Assembly (NCBI GenBank): GCA_963770585.1
Contig: CAVYQH010000004.1
Location: 48,453-112,452 of the forward strand
Direction of reading: 5' to 3'
Source: an uncultured Pseudomonadota bacterium
GTDB lineage: Bacteria > Pseudomonadota > Gammaproteobacteria > Steroidobacterales > Woeseiaceae
Length of the DNA stretch: 64,000 nt
The notes below the pieces were generated by a model, which saw nothing but the letters and a program-made list of their open reading frames with translations, was not told where the DNA came from and made no database searches. The translations under genes were made by a program, and so were the position numbers. Below are positions 36,926-47,094 of this stretch, piece after piece. Every line of letters starts with the position of its first letter. Positions within the stretch are counted from its first letter, which is position 1.

Positions 36926-37357
36926 ATGAACAACGTGATCAAAAATTCCGTGTCGGTGCTTGCTGCCGCCATCGCACTCGCTGGTGGCGGTGCGATAGCC
37001 CAAGAAAATCCGGTCAACCCGAATGTGCCGCCGGACTACCTGCCACCTCCGGAAACTGTGCCGGGGCCGCCCGATCGGGAACCGCTGCAGCCGGATTTGC
37101 AGCGTGAACCGGTGCGACCCGAACAGGTCGAAGAAGCGGTTGAGGAAGCGGTGAGTCCGTCACCCGATCCGTCGACACCCACAGATGACGGCAGCTCTCT
37201 CGACACCGACAGTACCGGGAATGACTCGCCAAGCGACGATCGAATAGCTGAGGAGCGAATCGACAGCACACTCGAGGAAGATGACGCAGTTCCGAACGAC
37301 ACCGCCGAGGACCCGAGCGCCGCGGAAGCGCTGGAAGAGGAAGAACCCGCAGAATAG
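36926..37357 (+). CDS. secreted acidic Pro/Asp/Glu-rich low-complexity protein
   Basis: AGGAGA RBS. Signal peptide VSVLAAAIALAGGGAIAQ, followed by a low-complexity acidic sequence. No family recognised. Confidence 0.45.
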   Translation: MNNVIKNSVSVLAAAIALAGGGAIAQENPVNPNVPPDYLPPPETVPGPPDREPLQPDLQREPVRPEQVEEAVEEAVSPSPDPSTPTDDGSSLDTDSTGNDSPSDDRIAEERIDSTLEEDDAVPNDTAEDPSAAEALEEEEPAE

Positions 37358-37387
37358 CTGGGCGGAGTTTCGCTGATCACATGCGGC

Positions 37388-37966
37388 TTGCAACATGCGC
37401 ACTATCGTCTGGTGACCTACCGAAGCAAGAAGGAGTACCCGCTGGACAAGGTCCGGGAGCATCTCGAGCCCGGGCCGGTTGTCCTCGTGACCTCCAAAAG
37501 CGGCGACAAAGTCGATGTCATGACCATGGGATGGCACATGATGCTGCAGTTCGAACCCGCGCTGCTCGCCTGCTATATCTGGAATGAGAACTGTAGCTAT
37601 CGGTTGATACGCGAATCCCGTGAATGCGTGATCAATGTCCCAACCGTAGAGCTTCTCGATACGGTCGTTGCCATAGGGAACACGCACGGCAGCGATCACA
37701 ACAAGATCGAGGATTTCGGGCTCACGCCGCGGGTGGCGGACAAGGTGGCGGCTCCGCTGATCGACGAATGCTATGCCAGCTTCGAATGCCGGTTACACGA
37801 CGACGTCATCGTCGAAACCTACGGCGTATTCATCTGGCACGTCGTCAAAGCTCATGTCGCTCCCCTGCGGGAGCCGCGCACGATCCACTACCGGGGCGAC
37901 GGACAGTTCATGGTCGCAGGCAAGGCGCGGTCGCGGCGATCGAAGTTCAAACCGGGTAATCTGTAA
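37388..37966 (+). CDS. flavin reductase-like (FMN-binding split-barrel) protein
   Basis: PGPVVLVTSKSGDKVDVMTMGWHMM.., RESRECVINVPT.., GNTHGSDHNKIEDFGLT.., LIDECYASFECRL are typical of Flavin_Reduct domain proteins. Confidence 0.8.
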   Translation: MQHAHYRLVTYRSKKEYPLDKVREHLEPGPVVLVTSKSGDKVDVMTMGWHMMLQFEPALLACYIWNENCSYRLIRESRECVINVPTVELLDTVVAIGNTHGSDHNKIEDFGLTPRVADKVAAPLIDECYASFECRLHDDVIVETYGVFIWHVVKAHVAPLREPRTIHYRGDGQFMVAGKARSRRSKFKPGNL

Positions 37967-37991
37967 GCGGATCGCGGCGATACCGCCGCCC

Positions 37992-38891
37992 TTACTGCGC
38001 GTCGACGTCAACTTCGTAGGTGCCGACCTTGAAAGTCGCGGGATCCGGGCCGGCGCGGCGGCCGGTATCGAGTGCGTCGATGCGGTCCAGCTCGTCGCGG
38101 CCGAGCTTGAAATCGAAGACGTCGAAGTTCGCCCGAATGCGCCCGGGATTCACCGACTTCGGAATGACCGAAAACCCGTGATCCAGGTGCCAGCGGATGA
38201 TGACCTGGGCCGGCGTCTTGCCGTATTTCCCCGCGAGCTCCGCGATCACGGGGTGCTCCAGCGGATGTTTCGCCGAGGCAGGCAATTCCAGGGGCCTGCG
38301 ATTGTAGATGCCGCCGATCGGCGCCCAGGACTGCGTCACGATACCGAGCCGGTCGTTCGCCTTTCGGGTTTCGGTCTGTATGAAGTAGGGATGTAGTTCG
38401 ACCTGGTTGACCGCCGGCACGACTTCGGACCGCTCGAGCAATGCGCTGAGGTGTTCCGGCATGAAATTGCTGACGCCGATGGCGCGGACCCGCCCGTCAG
38501 CTAGCAGCCTTTCGAGCGCATGGTATGACGCGACGGTCTTGTCGAACTCGCCTGCCAGTGGCCAGTGCAACAGGTACAGGTCGAGATAGTCGAGCCCGAG
38601 CCGTTCCATGCTTTGTTCGAATGCAGTAAGCGTCGCGTCATAACCGAACTGCGTGACCCAAACTTTGGTGGTAACAAATAACTCGGACCGCTCGATGCCT
38701 GCGCGACGAATGCCTTCGCCGACGGAACATTCATTGAGATAGGCGGAAGCCGTGTCGAACAGCCGGTAACCCGCTTCGACCGCGACTGCCATGCTCACCG
38801 CCGTTTGCGCGGCAGGGGCGAGGAACAGCCCCAGGCCGAGCGCCGGCATACGAACACCGTTGTTCAGGGTGATCGGGGGAACGAGATCCAT
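37992..38891 (-). CDS. aldo/keto reductase (2,5-diketo-D-gluconate reductase-like)
   Basis: ITLNNGVRMPALGLGLF.., GYRLFDTASAYLNE.., ELFVTTKVW.., LDYLDLYLLHWP.., VSNF.., VNQVELHP. Start moved to ATG 38891, because the MARSNS extension is REP-derived. Confidence 0.9.
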   Translation of the reverse strand: MDLVPPITLNNGVRMPALGLGLFLAPAAQTAVSMAVAVEAGYRLFDTASAYLNECSVGEGIRRAGIERSELFVTTKVWVTQFGYDATLTAFEQSMERLGLDYLDLYLLHWPLAGEFDKTVASYHALERLLADGRVRAIGVSNFMPEHLSALLERSEVVPAVNQVELHPYFIQTETRKANDRLGIVTQSWAPIGGIYNRRPLELPASAKHPLEHPVIAELAGKYGKTPAQVIIRWHLDHGFSVIPKSVNPGRIRANFDVFDFKLGRDELDRIDALDTGRRAGPDPATFKVGTYEVDVDAQ

Positions 38892-38894
38892 GCT

Positions 38895-39086
38895 GTTGGA
38901 GCGCGCCATGCGCGACCTTCACGAGTTGTTTGAGCACCCCACGGGCGCGACGAATCTAGCACACAGGGTCGCGCTTGTTGGAGCGCGCCATGCGCGCGAC
39001 CTTGCGGGTGAGACCGGTCGCGCCTATGAGGCGCTCCAACGGTGCTTCCGAGTCGCGTTCCGGTCGCGCCCGTGGGGCGCTCCAAC
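38895..39086. repeat. REP-like repeat block (5 copies plus partials)
   Basis: 38895-916 fwd (2 nt short), 38928-51 fwd (degenerate), 38977-39000 fwd, 39017-40 rev, 39063-86 rev. Confidence 0.85.
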
Positions 39087-39238
39087 AATAAGCCTTGCTT
39101 ACAGCAGCCGTAGGATTAACGTGACCAGCAGCAAGGCAACGACGATGCCGAGGCCGACAGCCGCCGGTTCGATGTCGTCGGGTGACTTATCGTCATGCAT
39201 GAATGCTCCCCTCTCTTGTACTTAGAGGCCGCATCGGC

Positions 39239-40666
39239 CTAGAGGTTCCATCCGCCGCCAAGCGCCTTGTAGATCGCGACGGCATTGGTATTGACCGCGG
39301 TTTCGGCGGCGGTGACCGCGTCCTCTGCCTCGAGCACCGTGCCCTCCGCATCCAGGAGGCGCAGGAAATCGACTGCGCCTTCCTGGTACTGGATACGGGC
39401 GAGGTCCGCCGCGCGCCGCGATGCCGCCGCGCTGTCGACGAGTGACGCGAGCCGCTTCTGCTCCTCGGCGTAGGCCACGAAAGCGTTCTCGGTTTCCTCG
39501 AGTGCGAGCAGCACGGTCTGCTCGTAAATCGCGAGTGCCGCATCCGTGCCTGCCTCCGCCGCACGCACGCGCGCCCGCGCGCTGCCGATGTCGAACGCCG
39601 CCCAGTCGAGGCGCGGCGTGACGAACCATGCTTCGGATTCACCGTTGAACAGGTTCGACGAAGTGCCCGACACGAAACCCACGAAGCCCGTGACGCTCAG
39701 GGTCGGGAACAGATCCGCGGTCGCGACGCCGACGCGCGCCGTCTGCGCCGCGAGCTGGCGCTCCGCGGCCTGCACGTCCGGCCGGCGGCGCAGGAGTTCG
39801 GCCGCATCGCCAATGCGGATCTCGTCGATGCGCGGGTCCGCCTCTGTCTTCACGAGCGCCGCGTCGAGTGCGCCGGGCCGCTCGCCGAGCAACACCGCGA
39901 GCCGGTACGCGGCGCGTTTTTCGGCCACGGAAAGCGGCGGCACGAGCGCCTCAGTCTCCGCAAGCCGCGCGGTTGCGCTCGCAACGTCGAGTTCCTGGCC
40001 CGCGCCGAGCTCGAGACGCACGCGCGTGAGCCTGAGAGCTTCGCGCTGGTTTTCGAGATTCGAGCGCGCCACGTCGAGTCGCTGCTGCGCGCCGCGCAGC
40101 TCGAAATATTCGCGCGCCACTTCGGCAGCGAGCCGCACCTGGGCGGCGCGATAGTCGGCCTCGGCCGCTTCGGCATCGGCACGCGCCGCTTCGACGCTGC
40201 GCCGTACGCGGCCGAACACGTCGATTTCCCACGCGGCATCGAAGCCGATGTCGTACACGTCGTAGTTCACGGGTATGACCGATCCGGACTGCGGTACCGG
40301 CGAGTCCTGCCGGCTGAAGCCTGCGTGCGTGGTCACCGTCGGCGCGTAGTCGAGCCGCTGCTCGCTGAACAGCGCACGTGCTTCGGCGACCCGCGCCTCC
40401 GCGACGCGAAGGTCTGGGCTGCCGGCGAGCGCCCGCGTAACGAGATCCTCGAGCACCGGGTCGCCGAACTGTTGCCACCATTCCGCTTCGAGGGGCGCGG
40501 CGACGAGGTCGTCATTCGCATCGTTCAGGAACTCCGCCGGCGCGGTATCCGGCGTCTCGTAGTCCGGACCCACCGCGCAGGAAGCAAGCAGCAGCGCCGC
40601 CAATGCGAGGCCGGATCGTGTCAACGCCGCGCTCGTCGAATCGTGATTCGTCGAAACGTGATTCAT
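39239..40666 (-). CDS. RND efflux outer-membrane factor lipoprotein (NodT family)
   Basis: Lipobox LLLASCAVGPDY. Two OEP repeats. Its ATG overlaps the RND stop (ATGA). Confidence 0.9.
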   Translation of the reverse strand: MNHVSTNHDSTSAALTRSGLALAALLLASCAVGPDYETPDTAPAEFLNDANDDLVAAPLEAEWWQQFGDPVLEDLVTRALAGSPDLRVAEARVAEARALFSEQRLDYAPTVTTHAGFSRQDSPVPQSGSVIPVNYDVYDIGFDAAWEIDVFGRVRRSVEAARADAEAAEADYRAAQVRLAAEVAREYFELRGAQQRLDVARSNLENQREALRLTRVRLELGAGQELDVASATARLAETEALVPPLSVAEKRAAYRLAVLLGERPGALDAALVKTEADPRIDEIRIGDAAELLRRRPDVQAAERQLAAQTARVGVATADLFPTLSVTGFVGFVSGTSSNLFNGESEAWFVTPRLDWAAFDIGSARARVRAAEAGTDAALAIYEQTVLLALEETENAFVAYAEEQKRLASLVDSAAASRRAADLARIQYQEGAVDFLRLLDAEGTVLEAEDAVTAAETAVNTNAVAIYKALGGGWNL

Positions 40667-43600
40667 ACCGCCTCCGCTTCCGGCTCGCGCCGCGCCGCCT
40701 TGAGGCGCAGTACCGCCTTGCGCACCACGAGGTAGAACACCGGCGTCAGGAACAGACCGAAGAACGTGACGCCGATCATGCCGGAGAACACGGCGACGCC
40801 CATCGCGTGGCGCATCTCGGCGCCGGCGCCGCGTCGAGAACACCAGCGGCATCACGCCCATGATGAACGCGAGCGACGTCATCAGGATCGGACGCAGGCG
40901 CAGGCGGCAGGCCTCGAGCGCGGCCTCCACAGGTCGATGCGCCCGTGCTGCCTCGCGCGTCGCTGCGCGAACTCGACGATCAGGATCGCGTTCTTGCAGG
41001 CGAGGCCGACCAGCACGATGAGCCCGATCTGGGTGAAGATGTTGTTGTCGCCGCCGGTGAGCCACACGCCGGCGATGGCGAACAGCAGGCACATCGGCAC
41101 GATCAGGATGACGACCAGCGGCAGGCGTCCAGCTCTCGTACTGCGCCGCGAGCACGAGGAACACGAGCAGCACGCACAGCGGGAAGATCGTAGACCGCCG
41201 TGTTGCCGGCGAGGATCTGCTGGTAGGTGAGGTCGGTCCATTCGAAGCTCATGCCGTTCGGCAGCTCGCTCGCGGCGAGTCCTGCCATCAGGGCCTCGGC
41301 CTGGCCGGAGCTGTAGCCCGGCGCCGGCCCGCCGTTGATTTCGGCGCTCGAGATAGCCGTTGTAATGCGGCACGCGGTCCGGCCCGTGCGCTGTGCTCGA
41401 CCTTCACGAAGCGCGCCGAGCGGCACCATCTCGCCGTCGGCGTTGCGCATCTTGAGCTGCAGCGATGTCCTCCGGCTGCAGGCGAAAGTCCACGTCGGCC
41501 TGCGCGATGACCTGGTAGGTGCGGCCGAAGCGGTTGAAGTCGTTCACGTACAGCGAGCCGAGGTAGATCTGCATCGTCTCGAACAGGTCTGTCGAGGCGA
41601 CGCCCTGCGCCTTCGCCTTCTCGCGGTCGACCTCGACGTCGAGCTGCGGCACGTTCACCTGGAAACCGGAGAAGAGTCCGCGCGAGGCCGGGTGTCTGCC
41701 AGGCCTTTGCACGACGGTTCTGCGTCGCCTGGTAGAGCGCCGTCGTGGCCGAGCCCGCCGCGATCCTCGATCTGCAGCTTGAAGCCGCCGATCGGTGCCG
41801 AGGCCCATGACCGGCGGCGGCGGGAAGATCGCGACGAACGCGTCCTGGATCGCGCCGAACTGCTGGTTCAACGCGCCGGCGATGGCGCCGGCCGACAGCG
41901 TCTCGTCGCTGCCGCTCCGTCGAACGGCGTCGAGCGTCACGAACACGATGCCGGCGTTCGGCGCATTCACGAAACCATTGATCGACAGGCCGGGGAATGC
42001 GACCGCGTGCGCGACACCCGGCTGCTCGAGGACGATGTCGCCCATGCGCCGGATCACCGCGTCGGTGCGGTCGAGCGTCGCCGCTTCCGGCAGCTGCGCG
42101 AAGGCGACGAGGTACTGCTTGTCCTGCTGCGGGACGAAACCGGTCGGCACCTGTGTGAAACCGAGCCAGGTCAGCGCGATCAGGCCCGCGTACAGGATGA
42201 GCGCGATGCGCGCGTCGGCGCAGGCTCTTGCCGGTCGCCGCGGCGTAGCGTTCCGTCGCGCGGCCGAAGAAGCGGTTGAACGGCCGGAACAACCAGCCGA
42301 ACAGCACGGTCGATGCACGCGCTGCAGGCGGTCGGCGGCGCGTGCCGTGCTCCTGCAGCAGGAGCGCGGACAGGGCCGGCGACAGCGTCAGCGAGTTGAA
42401 CGCCGAGATGACCGTGCGAGATCGCGATCGTGAGCGCGAATTGCTTGTAGAACTGGCCGGTCAGGCCGCTGATGAACGCGGTCGGCACGAACACGGCGCA
42501 CAGCACGCAGCGCGGTGGCGATGATCGGCCCGGTGACCTCGCGCATGGCCTGCTTGGTCGCTTCGATCGGCTTGCAGCCCCTCGCGGATGTTGCGTTCGA
42601 CGTTCTCGACCACCACGATCGCATCGTCGACGACGATGCCGATCGCCAGCACGAGTGCCGAACAGCGACAGGGTGTTGAGGGTGAAGCCGAACAGGTGCA
42701 TGACCGCGAGCGTGCCGACGAGCGAGACCGGCACCGCGGCCAGCGGGATGATGCGACGCCCGCCAGGTCTGCAGGAACAGCACGACGACCAGGACGACGA
42801 GCAGGAGCGCCTCGGCGAGCGTCGTCACGACCGCCTTGATCGAGGAGCGCACGAAAGTCGTCGGGTCGTACACGATCGCGTAGTCGATGCCGGCCGGGAA
42901 CTCCTCTTTCAGCTCCTCCATGCGCGCGCGCACGGAGTCCGAGATATCGAGCGCGTTCGATCCCGGCCGCTGAAAGATGCCGATGCCGGCGGCCGGCTGG
43001 TTGTCGAGCAGCGAGCGCAGCGAGTAACTGCTTGCGCCGAGCTCGATGCGCGCGACGTCGCCCAGGCGCACGATCTGCCCGGTGTCACCGGTCTTCACGA
43101 CGATGCGCTCGAATTCCGCCTCGTCGATCAGGCGGCCCTGCGTGTCGATCAGGAGCTGGAACTGCGCCGAGGATGGCGAGGGCGGCGAACCGATCTGGCC
43201 GGCCGCGACCTGGATATTCTGCTCGCGGATGGCCTGGACGACTTCGCTCGCCGACAGGTTCAGCGCGGCGACTTTTTCGGGGTCGAGCCAGACGCGCATC
43301 GAGTACTCGCCGGCGCCGAACACCTGCGCGCTGCCGACGCCGTCGAGCCGCGCCAGTTCGTCACGGACGCGCAGCGTGGCGTAGTTCGACAGGTATAGCA
43401 TGTCGTAGCGCTGGTCGGGGGACACCAGGTGCACGACCATCGTGAGGTCCGGCGAGGACTTCTCGGTCACGACGCCGAGCTGCTGTACTTCAGTCGGTAG
43501 CTTCGGCAGCGTCTGCTGCACGCGGTTCTGCACCAGCACCTGCGCGCGGTCGAGGTCGGTGCCGAGGCCGAAGGTGACGGTCAGCGTCATCAGGCCGTCG

Positions 43601-43857
43601 GCGGTCGCGAGCGAGGACATGTACAGCATGTCCTCGACGCCGTTGATCGCCTGCTCGAGCGGCGAAGCCACCGTCTCGGCGACCACCTGCGGATTGGCGC
43701 CCGGGTAGGTGGCGCGCACGACGACGGTCGGCGGCACGACCTCGGGGTACTCGCTGATCGGCAGGAGCCTGAGCGACAGCGCGCCGCTGATGAAGATGAT
43801 CATCGACAGCACGGCGGCGAAGATCGGCCGGTTTACGAAGAATTGCGGGAAGTTCAT
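40663..43857 (-). pseudogene. HAE1-type RND inner-membrane transporter (AcrB/MexB-like), about 17-18 frame switches
   Basis: Conserved segments hop between ORF-track fragments: MNFPQFFVNRPIFA..LFLQTWRA | PVSLVGTLAVMHLFGFTLNTLSLFG | LAIGIVVDDAIVVVENVERNIREGL | KPIEATKQAMREVTGPIIATAL | VLCAVFVPTAFISGLTGQFYKQFALTIAIS | TVISAFNSLTLSPALSALLL.. and so on, down to GAGAEMRHAMGVAVFSGMIGVTFFGLFLTPVFYLVV. The start and the stop are in the same frame. Confidence 0.85.
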
Positions 43858-43910
43858 GGTCTTGTCCGGGGCTTGTCGGGCTTACAGGTTGTTAACGGAT
43901 ATCGGCCGTA

Positions 43911-45098
43911 TTAGCGGTCGCTGGTTTCGGCGACGGACAGCACGGGGTCGGTCATGTTGCCGGCGCCCCGCGCGAGGCTAGCCATCTCGACCGCGTTCGG
44001 CGTCACGGGCGTTCCCGGGCGCACGCGCTGCAGGCCGTTGACGACGACCACGTCGCCGTCGGCAAGTCCGTCGGTCACGACCCGCAGGCCGTCCACGAAG
44101 CGTCCGATCTCGACGCCGCGGTACTCGGCGACGTTGTTCTCATCGACGACCAGTACATACTTGCGGTCGAGGTCGGTGCCGATCGCCCGGTCGTCCACCA
44201 GGGCCACCTCGTGCACGTCGTTGCCGAGGAGACGCACGCGCGCGAACAGGCCCGGCGTGAAGCGGCCGTCGGAGTTGTCGAGCACCGCGCGGCCGCGGAT
44301 CGTGCCGCTCTCGGGATCGACGCGGTTGTCGATGAAATCGAGGCGGCCTTCGTGCGGGAAGCCTTCCTCGTTGATGAGGCCGACCTGCACGCGCACGGCG
44401 TTGGTGCCCGCGTCTTGGGCGAGACCGGCGTAGCGCAGGAAGGTCTGCTCGTCGGCGTCGAAATGAACGTGGATCGGACCGCCGGAGACGACGGTCGTGA
44501 GCCAGCTCGCGTTGTCGACGAGATTGCCCGCGGTCACCAGCGCCCGCGATACGCGTCCGTCGATGGGCGACTCGATGCGCGTGAACTCGAGATTCAGGCG
44601 GGCGGCTTCGAGCGCGGCTTCAACCGCCGCGAGTTCGGCGACCTGGGTCGACTCGGCGGCCGCGAGGCTCTCGAGCTGTTCGCGCGAGGTCGCTCGCTGT
44701 TCGAACAGGCGCACGCCACGGGCATGGTTCGAGCGCGCGAGCCCGAGCTGGGCCTCGGCCCGCGCAAGTTCCGCCTCGAGGCGCGCGACTTCGGCGCGAA
44801 ACGGGCGCGCATCGATCTGGAACAGCAGGTCGCCCGCCGCTACCAGCGCGCCTTCCTCGAAGTTCACGGATTCGACGTAGCCACTCACGCGCGGCCGGAT
44901 CTCGACCGTCTCGACCGCGGCGAAGCGCCCGGTGAAATCGTCCCAGTCCGTGACCGGCCGGAGTTCGACCTCGGCGACCGTCACAGCCGGGGGCGGCGGC
45001 GTTGCAAGCTGTTCATCGCCGGCATCCTGGCTCGCGAAGACGGCCACGCCGGCGGCCGACGCGAGCAGGACGGGAATCAGTAAGTATCGGGCACGCAT
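43911..45098 (-). CDS. RND efflux periplasmic adaptor (MFP)
   Basis: Signal/anchor MRARYLLIPVLLASAAG. Lipoyl/hairpin motifs: RPRVSGYVESVNFEEGALVAAGDLLFQID.RPF.AE..R.EA.LA.AEAQ.., P.DGRVSR. Confidence 0.9.
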   Translation of the reverse strand: MRARYLLIPVLLASAAGVAVFASQDAGDEQLATPPPPAVTVAEVELRPVTDWDDFTGRFAAVETVEIRPRVSGYVESVNFEEGALVAAGDLLFQIDARPFRAEVARLEAELARAEAQLGLARSNHARGVRLFEQRATSREQLESLAAAESTQVAELAAVEAALEAARLNLEFTRIESPIDGRVSRALVTAGNLVDNASWLTTVVSGGPIHVHFDADEQTFLRYAGLAQDAGTNAVRVQVGLINEEGFPHEGRLDFIDNRVDPESGTIRGRAVLDNSDGRFTPGLFARVRLLGNDVHEVALVDDRAIGTDLDRKYVLVVDENNVAEYRGVEIGRFVDGLRVVTDGLADGDVVVVNGLQRVRPGTPVTPNAVEMASLARGAGNMTDPVLSVAETSDR

Positions 45099-45178
45099 GG
45101 CAAAATCCTTCTTGTTGGCACCGGTTCTTGTGCGGCCGGGAAAACTGGCTTGACAGTCACTCGTTACGGGCACATCAT

Positions 45179-45229
45179 TACCGGTGTTACGATACCGTTC
45201 GGTACCATTGCGACGATACTGACCGGTCA
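45179..45229. promoter_or_regulatory. candidate TetR operator region (ACCGGT-centred palindromes)
   Basis: In the 157-nt tetR/MFP divergent intergenic region: TACCGGTG (45179-86), GATACCGTTCGGTACC (45191-206, near-palindrome), TGACCGGTCA (45220-29, perfect 10-nt palindrome). A TTGACA at 45150-55 could be a -35 box for tetR. Confidence 0.3.
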
Positions 45230-45255
45230 CTCACCTGTCAAGGGGTAATTCGGTC

Positions 45256-45861
45256 ATGACTGCAGACCTCTTCAATCTAAGTGCCAAGGAAGCAGCGCCG
45301 GATACGGCGGGCGAGAAGATCTTCCAGGCAGCCCGGGAGCTGTTCTACCAGCAGGGCATTCGTGCGATCGGCGTCGATGCGATCGCGGCAGCGGCCGGCA
45401 CGACGAAGATGAGCCTGTATCGCAACTTCGGTTCCAAGGACCGCCTGGTCGCGGCGGTGATCAAGGAACAGGACCGCCTGTTCTGGGAATGGTGGGATGC
45501 AACGATTGCTCCCTACGCCGGCGACCCGCGGGCGCAGATCGAATGCCTGTTCCGCGAGTTCGAGCGCATTACGAGCGAGGACGATTCCTGTCGCGGCTGC
45601 CCCATCGCAAACGCCTCCGTCGAAATCACCGCGGCGGATCACCCGGCGCGGCTCCTGGTCGTCGAGCATCACCGAAAGATGCTGCAACGCCTGCGCGAGA
45701 TGGCGGCGGAAATGGGCGCGCGAGATCCCGACCAGCTCGGCGACGCGCTCATGCTCCTGATGGGCGGTTCCTTCCTGTCCCGTCTCTGCTTCGACGATCT
45801 CGGCCCGGTTCGCTCGGTGTCCGTGATTGCGCGCCAGCTGATTGACGCACACACCTCGTAA
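45256..45861 (+). CDS. TetR/AcrR-family transcriptional regulator
   Basis: The N-terminal HTH (IFQAARELFYQQGIRAIGVDAIAAAAGTTKMSLYRNFGSKDRLV) is canonical for TetR_N. Divergent from the efflux operon. Confidence 0.9.
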   Translation: MTADLFNLSAKEAAPDTAGEKIFQAARELFYQQGIRAIGVDAIAAAAGTTKMSLYRNFGSKDRLVAAVIKEQDRLFWEWWDATIAPYAGDPRAQIECLFREFERITSEDDSCRGCPIANASVEITAADHPARLLVVEHHRKMLQRLREMAAEMGARDPDQLGDALMLLMGGSFLSRLCFDDLGPVRSVSVIARQLIDAHTS

Positions 45862-45862
45862 T

Positions 45863-45920
45863 CAAATACGGTGACAGTTACCCTAATTTCTTCGAATTAG
45901 GGTAACTGTCACCGTATTTG
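45863..45920. repeat. perfect 26-bp-stem hairpin just after the tetR stop
   Basis: CAAATACGGTGACAGTTACCCTAATT - TCTTCG - AATTAGGGTAACTGTCACCGTATTTG. A degenerate copy of the arm (GGTGACAGTTACC) occurs at 56188-56200. Confidence 0.8.
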
Positions 45921-46038
45921 TGAGGTCACCTTCCCTCGCGCCTGATTTCCATGGCATGTATCTTGCTCCTCGATAGCGAGAAGCCCGGTGCCCGATTGAG
46001 AGACCGGTTCCCGGCGCTGGCGGCAGGAGAGAACAGTC

Positions 46039-46563
46039 ATGGGTGAATCGGATCGTCCGGACGGCATCTCGGAACGCAACATTCACGATGCCCACGGCTC
46101 CTTCTTCGTACGTTGGCCGTTCGGCCTGGCCGGCCTCGGGCTGCTCTTGCTGCTCGCGTTGTTGGGCGTGTTCGGCGCCAGCGGCAGGATTGTGGCGAGT
46201 GGCGACGGCATCGACTTCGTCGTCGAGGGCCCTGTTCGCATTCGCAACGGAAATTTTTACGAAACCCGCCTGGCCATCGATATCCGGCGCAACATTCGTG
46301 ACCTGGTCGTCCTCATCGAGGAGGACATCTGGCACGAAATGACCGTCAACTCCACTCGTCCGGAGCCTTCCGAATACAGCTTTCGCGATGGTGCATACGA
46401 ATTGCATTTCGGAAAATTCGAAGCAGGCGAGAACCTAGTCATAGTGTTCGATGCCCAGGTCAATTCCGGCCGGCGGCCAGGCACGAATGCCGGAACGATT
46501 ACACTGGCCGATGGCGACGCGGTTCTTGTAACGGCCGATTACGCTTTGGAGGTGCTTCCCTGA
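46039..46563 (+). CDS. hypothetical membrane-anchored protein
   Basis: One TM helix (WPFGLAGLGLLLLLALLGVF), then a soluble domain. Its stop overlaps the next start (TGATG). No family recognised. Confidence 0.45.
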   Translation: MGESDRPDGISERNIHDAHGSFFVRWPFGLAGLGLLLLLALLGVFGASGRIVASGDGIDFVVEGPVRIRNGNFYETRLAIDIRRNIRDLVVLIEEDIWHEMTVNSTRPEPSEYSFRDGAYELHFGKFEAGENLVIVFDAQVNSGRRPGTNAGTITLADGDAVLVTADYALEVLP

Positions 46564-47045
46564 TGGAAATCGTGCTGCGTGCAACGGTGATGTTCTTCGT
46601 GTTGTTCCTGCTGATCCGACTGATGGGGACGCGGGAACTTGGGCAGATGACTCCTTTTGAACTGATCGTTCTCATCGTCTTCGGCGACCTGATCCAGCAG
46701 GGCGTGACACACAATGACTTTTCTCTGGTCGGTGCGATCCTGGCGATCGCGACGATGGCCTTCTGGGGGCTTGCGATCAGCTGGCTGGTCTACTGGCATC
46801 CGACAATCGAAACGGTTCTCGACGGCTGTCCGCGTGTGATCGTGAAACAAGGCCGCATCGTGCAGGAGAACCTGCGTCGCGACCGACTGACGCGCGCGGA
46901 AATCCTGTCCGAGATGCGCTTGGCCGGGATCGCCCACCTGGAGGACGTTGACTGGGCCATCCTCGAGCCGCGCGGCAAGATGAGTTTCATTAAACGCGAC
47001 GGTGGGGATTCAGCGCCAGCAAGGGCGAGCGACGACATACTGTGA
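46563..47045 (+). CDS. DUF421 (YetF-like) membrane protein
   Basis: RATVMFFVLFLLIRLMGTRELGQMTPFELIVLIVFGDL.., then the C-terminal domain ..RRDRLTRAEILSEMRLAGIAHLEDVDWAILEPRGKMSF. Confidence 0.8.
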   Translation: MEIVLRATVMFFVLFLLIRLMGTRELGQMTPFELIVLIVFGDLIQQGVTHNDFSLVGAILAIATMAFWGLAISWLVYWHPTIETVLDGCPRVIVKQGRIVQENLRRDRLTRAEILSEMRLAGIAHLEDVDWAILEPRGKMSFIKRDGGDSAPARASDDIL

Positions 47046-47062
47046 GCGGACCGACAAGCACG

Positions 47063-47086
47063 GTCGCGCCCGCGGGGCGCTCCAAC
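47063..47086. repeat. REP-like unit (single, reverse form)
   Basis: GTCGCGCCCGCGGGGCGCTCCAAC between convergent genes. Confidence 0.75.
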
Positions 47087-47094
47087 AGGCGCAG

